The notes below the pieces were generated by a model. The model saw nothing but the letters and a program-made list of their open reading frames with translations. It did not search any database and was not told where the DNA came from. Shown here piece by piece: positions 11,099 to 19,803 of a stretch of DNA of 64,000 nucleotides. Numbering within the stretch: position 1 is the first letter of the stretch; each line of letters opens with the position of its first letter. The stretch is from NCBI GenBank assembly GCA_963773925.1, contig CAVZDC010000001.1, positions 248,167 through 312,166 of the forward strand, read 5' to 3'. Source of the stretch: Pirellulales bacterium (GTDB lineage: Bacteria > Planctomycetota > Planctomycetia > Pirellulales > JADZDJ01). A program made the position numbers and the translations under genes.

Positions 11099-12392
11099 TT
11101 TGCGTTTTGATGTATTCCACCGCGCGCTCCAGTGGCGGATCGTGTTTCAAATCCTCCGCGGTTGTCTCGCCGGCCGCGGCCGCCGCTGCGTGCGGCTTGA
11201 GCACGTCCCGATCTCGCCGCCACAGCCGCCACTGTTTCCAGTCGTCGTCACTCATTATCACGCGGTCCGCCGGCGCCGGCGATACGCCCCACGACTCTGT
11301 CCCCTTGCCATCCGGCGGGCGCTGAATGTTCTTGCCGCTGGGTCGCCAATAGTCGGCCGTGGTGAGCTTTAGCATGCCGCGCCCGCCCTGCAGAGGAATC
11401 ATGTTTTGCACCATGCCTTTGCCATAGGTGCGCTCGCCAATGATGACGGCTCGGCCATTATCCTCTAGACAGGCTGCCACAATTTCACTGGCGCTGGCCG
11501 TATTGCCGTTCACAAGCACTGCCAGGGGCAGATTCAGGAACTTTTCGCCGTCGGTGGCCTTGTAGTCCGCCTTGATTTGCTCGCCACGGCCGCGAACCGT
11601 CACAATTTCCGCGCCGGCCGGCAGAAACATATCGCACACGCCCACCGCCGCCGAGAGCAATCCGCCCGGATCGTCGCGCAGATCGAGAATTACGCCTCGC
11701 ACGTCCTCGGAGCGAAGTTCTTGTAGCGCCGCTTTCACCTCGGCGGCCGTTCGCTCGCCGAAGATCACAATTCGCAGGTAGCCGATCTTCGGATGTTGCT
11801 CGATGAGAAAACTCCAACGATCCTCCTCGCCGCGCAGGTCGCCTAAAACGGAATCGACTTTGATCACTTCGCGCTCGATCGGAGGCAATTCGATCGGCTC
11901 GCGCTGGCCTTGCCGCTCGACGGTCAGTTGCACCGTGGTGCCCGGCTTGCCGCGCAGCCGCTGGGCGATCTCGGGAAATCTCATGTCGGCTGTCGACGCG
12001 CCGTCGATTTTCGCAATTACGTCGCCGGCCAGAATGCCCGCCTCGTAAGCCGGCGTGCCGGCAATCGGACTGATCACCGTTAGTTTTTTACTGTCGGGAT
12101 CCATCCCCACTTCCACGCCGATGCCGCCGAACTGCTGATCGAGTTCCCCTTCCAACTGGGCCGCATCATTGGGGGCGAAATACTCGGAATAGGGATCGTT
12201 CAACGACTCGAGCATGCCCCGCACCGCCCCCGCCCACAATTCATCACGATCGACGCGCCCCACATAGCGGCGTTCGATCAGATCGGCAATCTCCGAGAAC
12301 GACCGCCCCAGCGGATTGTGATCCGCCGCTTGATAGCAGGCCAGCGACACCGCAGCCACCGCCAGGATGACAATCAGATTACGGCGAGGCAT
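11037..12392 (-). CDS. ctpA: C-terminal processing peptidase, S41 family, with PDZ domain
   Basis: Intact 451-aa ORF. PDZ segment GGIGVEV...ISPIAGTPAYEAGILAGDVIAKIDG. S41 catalytic region NGNTASASEI...TYGKG. Confidence 0.85.
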   Translation of the reverse strand: MPRRNLIVILAVAAVSLACYQAADHNPLGRSFSEIADLIERRYVGRVDRDELWAGAVRGMLESLNDPYSEYFAPNDAAQLEGELDQQFGGIGVEVGMDPDSKKLTVISPIAGTPAYEAGILAGDVIAKIDGASTADMRFPEIAQRLRGKPGTTVQLTVERQGQREPIELPPIEREVIKVDSVLGDLRGEEDRWSFLIEQHPKIGYLRIVIFGERTAAEVKAALQELRSEDVRGVILDLRDDPGGLLSAAVGVCDMFLPAGAEIVTVRGRGEQIKADYKATDGEKFLNLPLAVLVNGNTASASEIVAACLEDNGRAVIIGERTYGKGMVQNMIPLQGGRGMLKLTTADYWRPSGKNIQRPPDGKGTESWGVSPAPADRVIMSDDDWKQWRLWRRDRDVLKPHAAAAAAGETTAEDLKHDPPLERAVEYIKTQIRASSGQQAAGRERGAAASG

Positions 12393-12399
12393 GATTCAC

Positions 12400-12489
12400 A
12401 ATGCCTAAATGACTAAATGACGGAATGACTAAATGAAAAAGCAATTCAGGACCCATTTAGACATTTAGGCCTTCAGACATTTAGTCATT
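12400..12489 (-). terminator. long imperfect hairpin with tandem CTAAATGA-unit arms, downstream of rpsI
   Basis: Left arm aatgcctaaatgactaaatgacggaatgactaaatga. Right arm catttagacatttaggccttcagacatttagtcatt. Outer and inner thirds pair almost perfectly. No clear U-tract follows. Confidence 0.55.
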
Positions 12490-12537
12490 ATGCGCTGCAC
12501 ACGACTTCGCAGCGAGATGGCAGCGGTCAACAAGAAT

Positions 12538-12951
12538 CTACCGCTTCGAGAACTGCGTGCCACGCCGTGCGCCGCGCAAGCCGTATTTCTTGCGCTCTTT
12601 CATGCGGCCGTCGCGGGTCAATAGGCCCGAGTGACGCAGCATGTCGTCCAACTCGGCATCGAACGCCCGCAATGCCCGGGCGATGCCCAACTTGCAAGCC
12701 CCGGCCTGACCGGCGGGGCCGCCGCCTTTAACCGCGATCGAAACATCCACCGTGGCGAGCTTGCCGGTTTGATTCAGGGCATCGTACACGTGGAAGCGAT
12801 CCTTCTCGGACGGAAAGTAGTTTTCCACGGCGCGGCCGTTGATCTCGATCTTGCCGCTGCCGGCCTTGATGCGAACGCGCGCCACGGCGGTTTTGCGGCG
12901 TCCGGTGGCCAGGGTGTAATCGCCGATCTTGGCTGGTGCGGCAGTGGACAT
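12538..12951 (-). CDS. rpsI: 30S ribosomal protein S9
   Basis: 137 aa, ...GRRKTAVARVRI...GGGPAGQAGA...RDGRMKERKKYGLRGARRGTQFSKR. Confidence 0.95.
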   Translation of the reverse strand: MSTAAPAKIGDYTLATGRRKTAVARVRIKAGSGKIEINGRAVENYFPSEKDRFHVYDALNQTGKLATVDVSIAVKGGGPAGQAGACKLGIARALRAFDAELDDMLRHSGLLTRDGRMKERKKYGLRGARRGTQFSKR

Positions 12952-12970
12952 AGTTTTCAGGGTTCAGAGT

Positions 12971-13513
12971 TTAGGATTCAGATTTCGCGGCGGCCTTCTT
13001 GCGCGGCTTCGCCTTGGGAGCGGTCGCGGACGCCGCTGCCGTCGGCCCAGAAAATTGCCGGGCGCCTAGTTCCTTCGGCTCCACTTGCTGCGCCTGATGC
13101 GGATGCTTGTCGCCGGCATACACTTTCAGCTTTTCCAGCATCCGCACGCCGAGCTTGTTCTTGGGCAGCATCCGCCGCACGGCTTCAATGACGATTAGCT
13201 CCGGCCGGCGCTCGCGACGATGTCCGGCAGTTTCCGACATCAGGCCGTGATAACCGGTGTACCAGCGGTATTCCTTCTGGTCCCATTTCTTGCCGGTGTA
13301 CTTGATCTTCTCGGCGTTGATCACGACCACGAAATCGCCGCAATCGACGTGCGGAGTGTAAGTGGGCTTGTGCTTGCCCATCAGCACCATGGCGACGTCG
13401 CTGGCCAGCCGGCCGACCACCTTGTCGGTGGCATCCACCAGCCACCAACGCGGCTGCACTTCACCAGGCTTGGCCATGTAGCTGCGCGTCGATTTGATCT
13501 TCGTAGCCGGCAC
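12971..13513 (-). CDS. rplM: 50S ribosomal protein L13 (with Lys/Ala-rich C-terminal tail)
   Basis: ...[56 protein letters not shown].... GTG start at 13513, with an alternative ATG at 13477. Confidence 0.9.
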   Translation of the reverse strand: MPATKIKSTRSYMAKPGEVQPRWWLVDATDKVVGRLASDVAMVLMGKHKPTYTPHVDCGDFVVVINAEKIKYTGKKWDQKEYRWYTGYHGLMSETAGHRRERRPELIVIEAVRRMLPKNKLGVRMLEKLKVYAGDKHPHQAQQVEPKELGARQFSGPTAAASATAPKAKPRKKAAAKSES

Positions 13514-13657
13514 GAGTTGGTACCCCTAAAGGGATGGTTTTGCAAAATGCGAAACTACGAGTTTATCCGGTTTTCGGCACCCCTTCAAGGGCGGGAAAGG
13601 GGCACGGTTTTGCCGTGGGTGGCCGGGGTCGAGTGCAGCGAGCCCCCGGAACCCCGA

Positions 13658-15311
13658 TCACTGCGGATTGATTCGCTCCCCGCCGTTGCGCGTGAGCATG
13701 GCTTTGAAATAATCGGGCTGCACGGCGGGTGTGAACTGCTGCACGTGCCCGTCGGCAAACACGGCATTGAATATATTCCCGCCGAACAAGCCTCCCAGCC
13801 CTTTCAACGGCTGATTGGGGTCCATTTCCCAATCTTCCGGCTTCGTCCACGGCACTGCCTTATCGGGCGAGACCTCCACCACCATGATCGTTAGCGAAGT
13901 TCCGTCGGTAAAGTTGCTTAGCCTTAGCCCTTGCTTGCCTTCAAACGCACAGCCTTTGCCCACCACGGCCTCATACAGCGTTTTGCCGGGCTCGTTGAAG
14001 TGCGGATGCCTGTAGACGGCTGGCATCTTGTCGATCAGCGCTTTGTTGTGTTCGCTGTCCCAAGGTTCGTCGAGATGGAATTGCTGGTACAGCTCCGCTT
14101 CTTCGAGGTAGGGCAAAACTTGCACGCGCCAACTCAACAGCGGCTTCCCTTCTTTGCTATAGATCGCCTGCGCCGGCATCCGCTTGTGGGCCGATTCGAA
14201 ATTCAAAATCGCTAGCGCGATTTCCTTCAAATTGTTCTGCGACACGTTTCGATGTGCCGCCTCCCTGCGCCGCTTGCACGGCGGGCAATAACAATGCCGT
14301 CAAAACCGCCACGCTGGCCGGTCCGCTGGGCGAATTCAAACGCATGATCACCCGCTTTCCCTCGCGCACCGGCTGTAGCGATGCCGCCACTTTGTCGGTC
14401 AATCGCTTCATGTACTTCATCATCGCGGCTGTCACGTCAGGATCTTCATTCGGAGCGCGCGACATGCTTTCGCTCATTCCCGCCAACATCATGCTCTTGC
14501 CAATTTCCATCGCCTGCTTGATGAGCTTTTCTAATTGCGTGGCGGCTTGTTCATCGGGGGCCGTGGCCGTCACTTCAATGTGCATCTCGCCTCGTTCGCT
14601 TTGGGTTGCGCTGGCAACCAGCGAATCCATCAAATCGGGAATTTTGGTGAACACCATCAATGGCGGCGGTATTTGCTGGCCCGCTTGCGCCAGGGCCTGG
14701 TGATACAAAGGCCGCAGCGGCTCCATCGCCAAATACCACACCCCCACCGGCGAATCGTCGGCGGCCGCCAACATCTTGCGCAGCGGGCTGTCGCCATGCG
14801 GGGCAGTCAATATCCAACGCAGCCCGATTTCGGGCGCCACCAACAGCGTGCGATCGTCCGCCATGGCGCATGAAAATTGGGAGCGATTCCGGTTAAGGCG
14901 CAACCGACGACCTTGCAATTCTTCGTCCTCGCCGTCGGGCACAATCTTTGCGATTACCACCGCTGCCGCGATCGGCTGACGAAATCGCAGCACAAATCCC
15001 GCGCGAGGTTCAGGCGCTTGGCCGCTGGCTGCCCGATCGGGCAAGCCAACCACGCCCATCACCTCTTGCAATTCCAGCGGATCGAAACCCACTTGCTTCT
15101 TCACCGCCACGGAAATCACTTCCGTGGGAAGCATTTCCGCCTGCGGACCGGTCAGTAATTGCTGTGGATGCCCGACAAACGCCGCCACGGCATCCTCAGG
15201 CACGAAGGTCAGGTCGAGCGGCTTTCCAGAGTTTGTTTCATCCCCCAACGTCAGCGCAGCGGATAAAAGTGCAATGCTCAGACATAGTGCCGATGAAAGC
15301 AGGCGGCGCAT
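13658..15311 (-). CDS. signal-peptide protein with unknown ~370-aa N-terminal domain fused to an internal pilin-like helix remnant and a DUF1559 domain (one frameshift near 14260)
   Basis: ATG 15311 gives MRRLLSSALCLSIALLSAALTLG.... ORF 14157-15485 ends ...[16 protein letters not shown] and joins ORF 13658-14245 as [29 protein letters not shown]..., the canonical [20 protein letters not shown] DUF1559 junction. Confidence 0.7.
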
Positions 15312-15547
15312 GGTCGAGTTCCTTTGATTGGAAAAAACAAAGAGAATTGCTGCCCCCGCGGAAGAGCGATGAGCAATAGTGTGGGACGGCGGTGGCGGTG
15401 TGTCAACGATCGGCCGGAAAACGGCGAAAAAAACGAAATTTTCGCTACGCCAGACGCTTTCGATTTTCCGGTGAATATGCCACAATCCGCGTGCGATTGC
15501 GGCACGTCGTGGCCGCGAAAAAGTAGTATCCTTTTTTGATCCCCAAT

Positions 15548-15597
15548 CCGGCGTGAGGCTACGCCGGCTCAGCCTACCGCGTACCGCCTACCGCTCC
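15548..15597 (+). repeat. left arm of the inverted repeat bracketing the pnt operon (tandem CTACCGC units plus a local 7-bp stem-loop)
   Basis: ccggcgt-gaggct-acgccgg stem at 15548-15567, then cctaccgc gtaccgc ctaccgct ending 2 nt before ATG 15598. 15584-15595 (ccgcctaccgct) is the exact reverse complement of 18705-18716. Confidence 0.6.
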
Positions 15598-16761
15598 ATG
15601 AAAATCGGCGTTCTTAAAGAAACCTTTCCCGGCGAACGCCGTGTGGCTTTGGTTCCCGCCCTCATTCCCACCCTGCTCAAGGGGAGCCACGTAATCGTTA
15701 TCGAAACCGGGGCAGGGCAAGAGGCCGGTTTTCCTGATAGCCAGTACACCGACAAAGGCGCCACCATCGCCCCGCGCGATGAAGTGTTCGATTGCGACCT
15801 GCTTTTGCACGTTCGCGCCCTGGGAGCTAACCCCGAAGCAGGCCGCGCCGAGCTAGAACACTTCGACCAATCGAAAATCCTGATCGCCCTGTGCGAACCG
15901 CTGTCGCAGCCGAATTTGGTGCGCGAATTTGCCGAGCGCGGCGCCACCGCGTTCTCGCTGGAATTGATGCCCCGCATCACGCGTGCCCAAAGCATGGACG
16001 TGCTCTCGAGCATGGCCACGGTGGCCGGCTATCGTGCCGTATTACTGGCGGCCACCGCGCTACCCAAGATGTTTCCCATGATGACCACGGCCGCCGGCAC
16101 GATCACTCCGGCCAAAGTATTCGTCATGGGCGCCGGCGTGGCGGGCTTGCAGGCCATCGCCAGCGCCCGGCGGATGGGGGCCATGGTCTCGGCCACCGAC
16201 GTGCGCTCCGCCGTCAAAGAACAAGTGCAAAGCCTGGGAGCGAAATTCGTCGAATCGGCAGTCGAATTCGCCAAGGCAGAGGGCGCCGGTGGCTACGCCA
16301 AAGCGCTCGACGAAGAAGCGTATCAAAAACAGCGCGAAGCCCTCACGAAAGTCGTCGCCGAAAGCGACGCCGTCATCACCACCGCCGCCATCCCCGGCCG
16401 CAAAGCGCCGATCCTGGTCACGGCCGACATGGTCCACCGCATGCAGCCCGGCTCGGTCATCGTCGATCTGGCCGCTGAACGCGGCGGCAACTGCGAACTC
16501 ACCAAACCCGGCGAAACCGTGGTCAGCGACAACGGCGTCAGCATCCTCGGCCCGGCCAATCTGCCCTCCGAAGTGCCGTACCACGCCAGCCAGATGTTTG
16601 CCAAGAACGTGGTGACCTTCCTGCAACATCTGGTCGATTTGGGCCTGCCCAACAAAGTTAGCTCCGAAGACGAAATCACTCGCGAAACGTTGCTCTGCCG
16701 CGACGGCGAAGTATTGCAGCCGCGTGTCCGAGAATTGTTAGGGATGTCCGCGGCGCCTTGA
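15598..16761 (+). CDS. pntAA: NAD(P) transhydrogenase subunit alpha part 1
   Basis: MKIGVLKETFPGERRVALVP... Alanine-dehydrogenase/PNT fold with NAD site VFVMGAGVAGLQAIA. The ORF track starts 45 nt upstream, but ATG 15598 matches family N-termini. Confidence 0.9.
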   Translation: MKIGVLKETFPGERRVALVPALIPTLLKGSHVIVIETGAGQEAGFPDSQYTDKGATIAPRDEVFDCDLLLHVRALGANPEAGRAELEHFDQSKILIALCEPLSQPNLVREFAERGATAFSLELMPRITRAQSMDVLSSMATVAGYRAVLLAATALPKMFPMMTTAAGTITPAKVFVMGAGVAGLQAIASARRMGAMVSATDVRSAVKEQVQSLGAKFVESAVEFAKAEGAGGYAKALDEEAYQKQREALTKVVAESDAVITTAAIPGRKAPILVTADMVHRMQPGSVIVDLAAERGGNCELTKPGETVVSDNGVSILGPANLPSEVPYHASQMFAKNVVTFLQHLVDLGLPNKVSSEDEITRETLLCRDGEVLQPRVRELLGMSAAP

Positions 16762-16786
16762 CGACGCAATTGCCCAAGGAACTTTT

Positions 16787-17305
16787 GTGATGTTGCAACG
16801 AACATTCTTGGCCGCTTTGAGCTGGTCGATCTTGTGGATCATAGCCGGCGTCGCGCACGCGCAATTGCAAGAAGCCACGACCACCACAACGCCACCGTCC
16901 TCGTCCGCGCTGGAACCCGCGGCCGAGCCGATGCCAGCCCAACCAGTCGCCCAACCGGTCCTCGTGCCGGCGGCCGGCCAAGTTGCACCAGGCGCGAATG
17001 AGCCCTTGATCGACTACACCTCGCTGCTGTACGTGTTCATGCTGGCCACGTTCATCGGCCTGGGCGTGATTCTGCGAGTCTCTCGCCTCTTGCACACGCC
17101 GCTGATGTCGCTGACCAATGCCATCTCGGCCATCGCTGTGGTCGGTTCGATCATCGTCACCGGCGATCCGCATCACCCGCTGGGCATTCGCATCCTCGGC
17201 GCGGTGGCGCTGTTCGCTTCGATGACCAACATCGTCAGCGGCTTCTTGATCACCGACCGCATGCTGAAGATGTTCAAGTCGCCTGGTCAGGGAGGGCGGC
17301 GCTGA
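16787..17305 (+). CDS. pntAB: NAD(P) transhydrogenase subunit alpha part 2, with ~70-aa signal-peptide-like / Pro-Thr-rich N-terminal extension
   Basis: Conserved core LIDYTSLLYVFMLATFIGLGVILRVSRLLHTPLMSLTNAISAI.... Upstream in frame is MLQRTFLAALSWSILWIIAGVAHAQ plus a low-complexity stretch. An alternative TTG start lies at 17006. Confidence 0.8.
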   Translation: MMLQRTFLAALSWSILWIIAGVAHAQLQEATTTTTPPSSSALEPAAEPMPAQPVAQPVLVPAAGQVAPGANEPLIDYTSLLYVFMLATFIGLGVILRVSRLLHTPLMSLTNAISAIAVVGSIIVTGDPHHPLGIRILGAVALFASMTNIVSGFLITDRMLKMFKSPGQGGRR

Positions 17306-18705
17306 TGGAAGGCATCAAGCAACTGTCGTATCTGGTGGCCACCGGGCTGTTCATCTTTTCGCTGCACTGGATGAACGATCCGAAAACCGCTCGCCGCGCC
17401 GTGTTCGCCGGCGCCTTCGGCATGTTGCTGGCTGTGCTGGCCACCTGGTTCTTCAGCGGCCTTTCGTACCACTGGTGGATCATCGGCGCCATCATCGCCG
17501 GCTGCGTTGTCGGATATCCGCTGTCGCGCGTCCCGCTGACCGCCGTGCCGCAACGAACCGCCCTTTCGCACGCCTTTGGCGGCTTGGCCGCCGGCCTCGT
17601 CGGACTGGCCGAATACTACATGCTCCCCAGCGTATCGGCCGACGTTCCCAAGCTGACCATCGTCGCGCTGGTGGCCGAAGTCATTCTGGGCTTCCTCACC
17701 TTCACCGGCAGCTTAATGGCCACCGGCAAGCTGCAAGGCGTTTCCTGGATACCGCAGCGCCCCGTCACCTACGCCTATCAAAACGTCGGCAACGTCGGCT
17801 TGTTGCTGGCCGCATTGCTGCTAGGAATATTGGTCGTCCTGCATCCCACCGGTTTCTGGGCCGCCGTGGCCTTTCATCTGATCGTGCTCATGTCGCTGGC
17901 CTTCGGCGTGCTATTAATCATTCCCATCGGGGGCGCCGACATGCCCACCGTCATTTCAATCTTGAATTCGTACGCCGGTTTGTCGGCCGTGGCGATGGGC
18001 TTCGTGCTGGGCAATAAACTGCTGATCACCGCCGGCGCCCTGGACGGCTCCAGCGGCTTGATCCTCTCGATCATCATGTGCCGCGCCATGAACCGCTCGT
18101 TCACCAACGTGCTGTTCGGCGCCTTCGGCCAGGTGCAGGCTACCGCCACGCACACGCAAGAAAAAGTTTACAAGGAAGAAACGATCGAGGGCGCCGCGCA
18201 GGTCCTGGAACAGGCGTCGCTCGTGGTTATCATCCCCGGCTACGGCATGGCGGTGGCCCAGGCGCAGCACCGCATCCGCGAGTTGTACGATCAGCTCGTC
18301 AAACGCGGCATTTCCGTCAAGTTTGCCATCCATCCGGTCGCCGGCCGCATGCCCGGCCACATGAACGTGCTGTTGGCCGAGGCCGACATTCCCTACAGCG
18401 ACCTGGTGGAGATGGACGAAATCAATCCCGATATGCCGCATTGCGACGTGGCCCTGGTCGTGGGCGCCAACGATGTGGTCAACCCCGCGGCCCGCTACGA
18501 CAAATCCACCCCCATCTACGGCATGCCCATCATCGATGCCGACAAAGCCAAAACCGTCTTCGCCATCAAGCGCAGCAAGAACCCCGGCTTCGCGGGCATC
18601 GACAACGAGTTGTACTCTAAAGACAATACCTTCATGCTCTTCGGCGATGCCAAGGCCGTGGTGGGGGAATTGGTGAAGCAACTCGCGCACAATGGCGGAC
18701 ATTAA
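17305..18705 (+). CDS. pntB: NAD(P) transhydrogenase subunit beta
   Basis: Intact 466-aa ORF. Multi-TM N-terminal half plus NADP(H) domain ...IIPGYGMAVAQAQH...HPVAGRMPGHMNVLLAEA...VVGANDVVNP. Its start overlaps the pntAB stop. Confidence 0.95.
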   Translation: MEGIKQLSYLVATGLFIFSLHWMNDPKTARRAVFAGAFGMLLAVLATWFFSGLSYHWWIIGAIIAGCVVGYPLSRVPLTAVPQRTALSHAFGGLAAGLVGLAEYYMLPSVSADVPKLTIVALVAEVILGFLTFTGSLMATGKLQGVSWIPQRPVTYAYQNVGNVGLLLAALLLGILVVLHPTGFWAAVAFHLIVLMSLAFGVLLIIPIGGADMPTVISILNSYAGLSAVAMGFVLGNKLLITAGALDGSSGLILSIIMCRAMNRSFTNVLFGAFGQVQATATHTQEKVYKEETIEGAAQVLEQASLVVIIPGYGMAVAQAQHRIRELYDQLVKRGISVKFAIHPVAGRMPGHMNVLLAEADIPYSDLVEMDEINPDMPHCDVALVVGANDVVNPAARYDKSTPIYGMPIIDADKAKTVFAIKRSKNPGFAGIDNELYSKDNTFMLFGDAKAVVGELVKQLAHNGGH

Positions 18706-18723
18706 GCGGTAGGCGGTGTAGCC
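18705..18723 (+). repeat. right arm of the inverted repeat bracketing the pnt operon
   Basis: agcggtaggcggtgtagcc begins at the last base of the pntB stop codon. Its reverse complement ggctacaccgcctaccgct matches the left arm (ggctacgccgg...ccgcctaccgct). Confidence 0.6.
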
Positions 18724-19075
18724 ATGGGGCAAGGTGTTTATCGAGTTCTGATTGCATTCTTCGCGCTCTTAGCGTTCATCGCCCTTTCGGATGTAGGCTT
18801 CGATATTGGAAGGGCGGCTTGGTTTATCGGCAAAATACCTGTTGAAGGCGTTATCGCATTGCTCGGATTCGGTTTCCTATTGATCGCGATGGTTGGATTG
18901 TGGAATTTTCGCATCTGGGGTTTTATCACACTCTTAGTGAGCACTTCGCTCTTACCTAGCCGCAGGTCTATTAGTCGGCGGCCATTCAGCGGCCGCTTGC
19001 GGCATGAATTTTTTTGTCATCGCCCTAACCGCTGTCCGCTACTTTTTTCCGGCCAAGAAACCTGCTCATGCCTGA
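18724..19075 (+). CDS. small hypothetical multi-TM membrane protein (one frameshift near 18955)
   Basis: MGQGVYRVLIAFFALLAFIALS...GFGFLLIAMVGLWNFRIWGFITLLVSTS. The sensible continuation AAGLLVGGHSAAACGMNFFVIALTAVRYFFPAKKPAHA* is in another frame and ends at TGA 19073-19075, overlapping the next ATG. Confidence 0.4.
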
Positions 19076-19775
19076 CGCCAATCCACAATTAAGTCCTGCG
19101 TCATCGCATTCTCAGGACAGTCGCCCGGAGTTTTTGCACACGCTGGGCCTGATTCCGCCGTGCACGGTGGAAGACGTGCATCAGGCGTATCTGTCGAAGG
19201 TCAAAACAGCGCATCCCGACGTCGGCGGCGATCCGGCCGAATTCCGCAAGCTCCAGGAAGCCTACGAGCGCGCCACCGAATGGGCGAAGTTCCGCGCTAG
19301 CCGCATCAAATGGCTCAGCACCTGGGTAGAAAAATACGTCGAACAAGATGCGCTCGTGGCCGATATTCAACAGCGCGGCGGCAAGGTGCATACCGAAGGC
19401 GTCGACTGGCTGCGCCGCTCGTTCGGCGATGATTTTTCTGTGGTTGCCGACAAAGTTACCGGCATCGATTTGACTGGACCAAAGGTCGACGACAACACCA
19501 TTTCGTGGTTGGCGTCGCACCGCGCGGCGCTCACGTCCCTCAAATCGCTCAATCTCTCCGGCAGTGCGATTACCGATTCCGGTTTGCAGCATGCGGCGGC
19601 CTTTCCCAATTTGCATAAACTCGATCTTTCCGACACCGCCATCACCGGTGCCGGCTTGTATGTACTCCAGCGCCTGGCGATGCTCAATTGGCTCGGCCTG
19701 CACAACACCCGCGTGGGCTGGTTTGCCCGTACGAAGCTGAAGTGGAAGTATCCCAAGCTGGAAGTGGCCATTTGA
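19068..19775 (+). CDS. J-domain (DnaJ-like, HPD motif) protein fused to leucine-rich repeats
   Basis: ...VEDVHQAYLSKVKTAHPDVGGDPAEFRKLQEAYERA..., then LTSLKSLNLSGSAITDSGLQHAAAFPNLHKLDLSDTAITGAGLYVLQRLAMLNWLGLHNTRV. Confidence 0.7.
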   Translation: MPDANPQLSPASSHSQDSRPEFLHTLGLIPPCTVEDVHQAYLSKVKTAHPDVGGDPAEFRKLQEAYERATEWAKFRASRIKWLSTWVEKYVEQDALVADIQQRGGKVHTEGVDWLRRSFGDDFSVVADKVTGIDLTGPKVDDNTISWLASHRAALTSLKSLNLSGSAITDSGLQHAAAFPNLHKLDLSDTAITGAGLYVLQRLAMLNWLGLHNTRVGWFARTKLKWKYPKLEVAI

Positions 19776-19803
19776 CGGCACCTTAGAGCACGGGCGCGCC
19801 GGT

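Noticed and set aside
12400-12489. Possibility that the short tandem units (here and at 49181, 53082, 55629, 60418) are mini CRISPR arrays
   Set aside because: Units are 7-13 nt with no spacers, arranged as inverted arms. No cas genes are present in the window.
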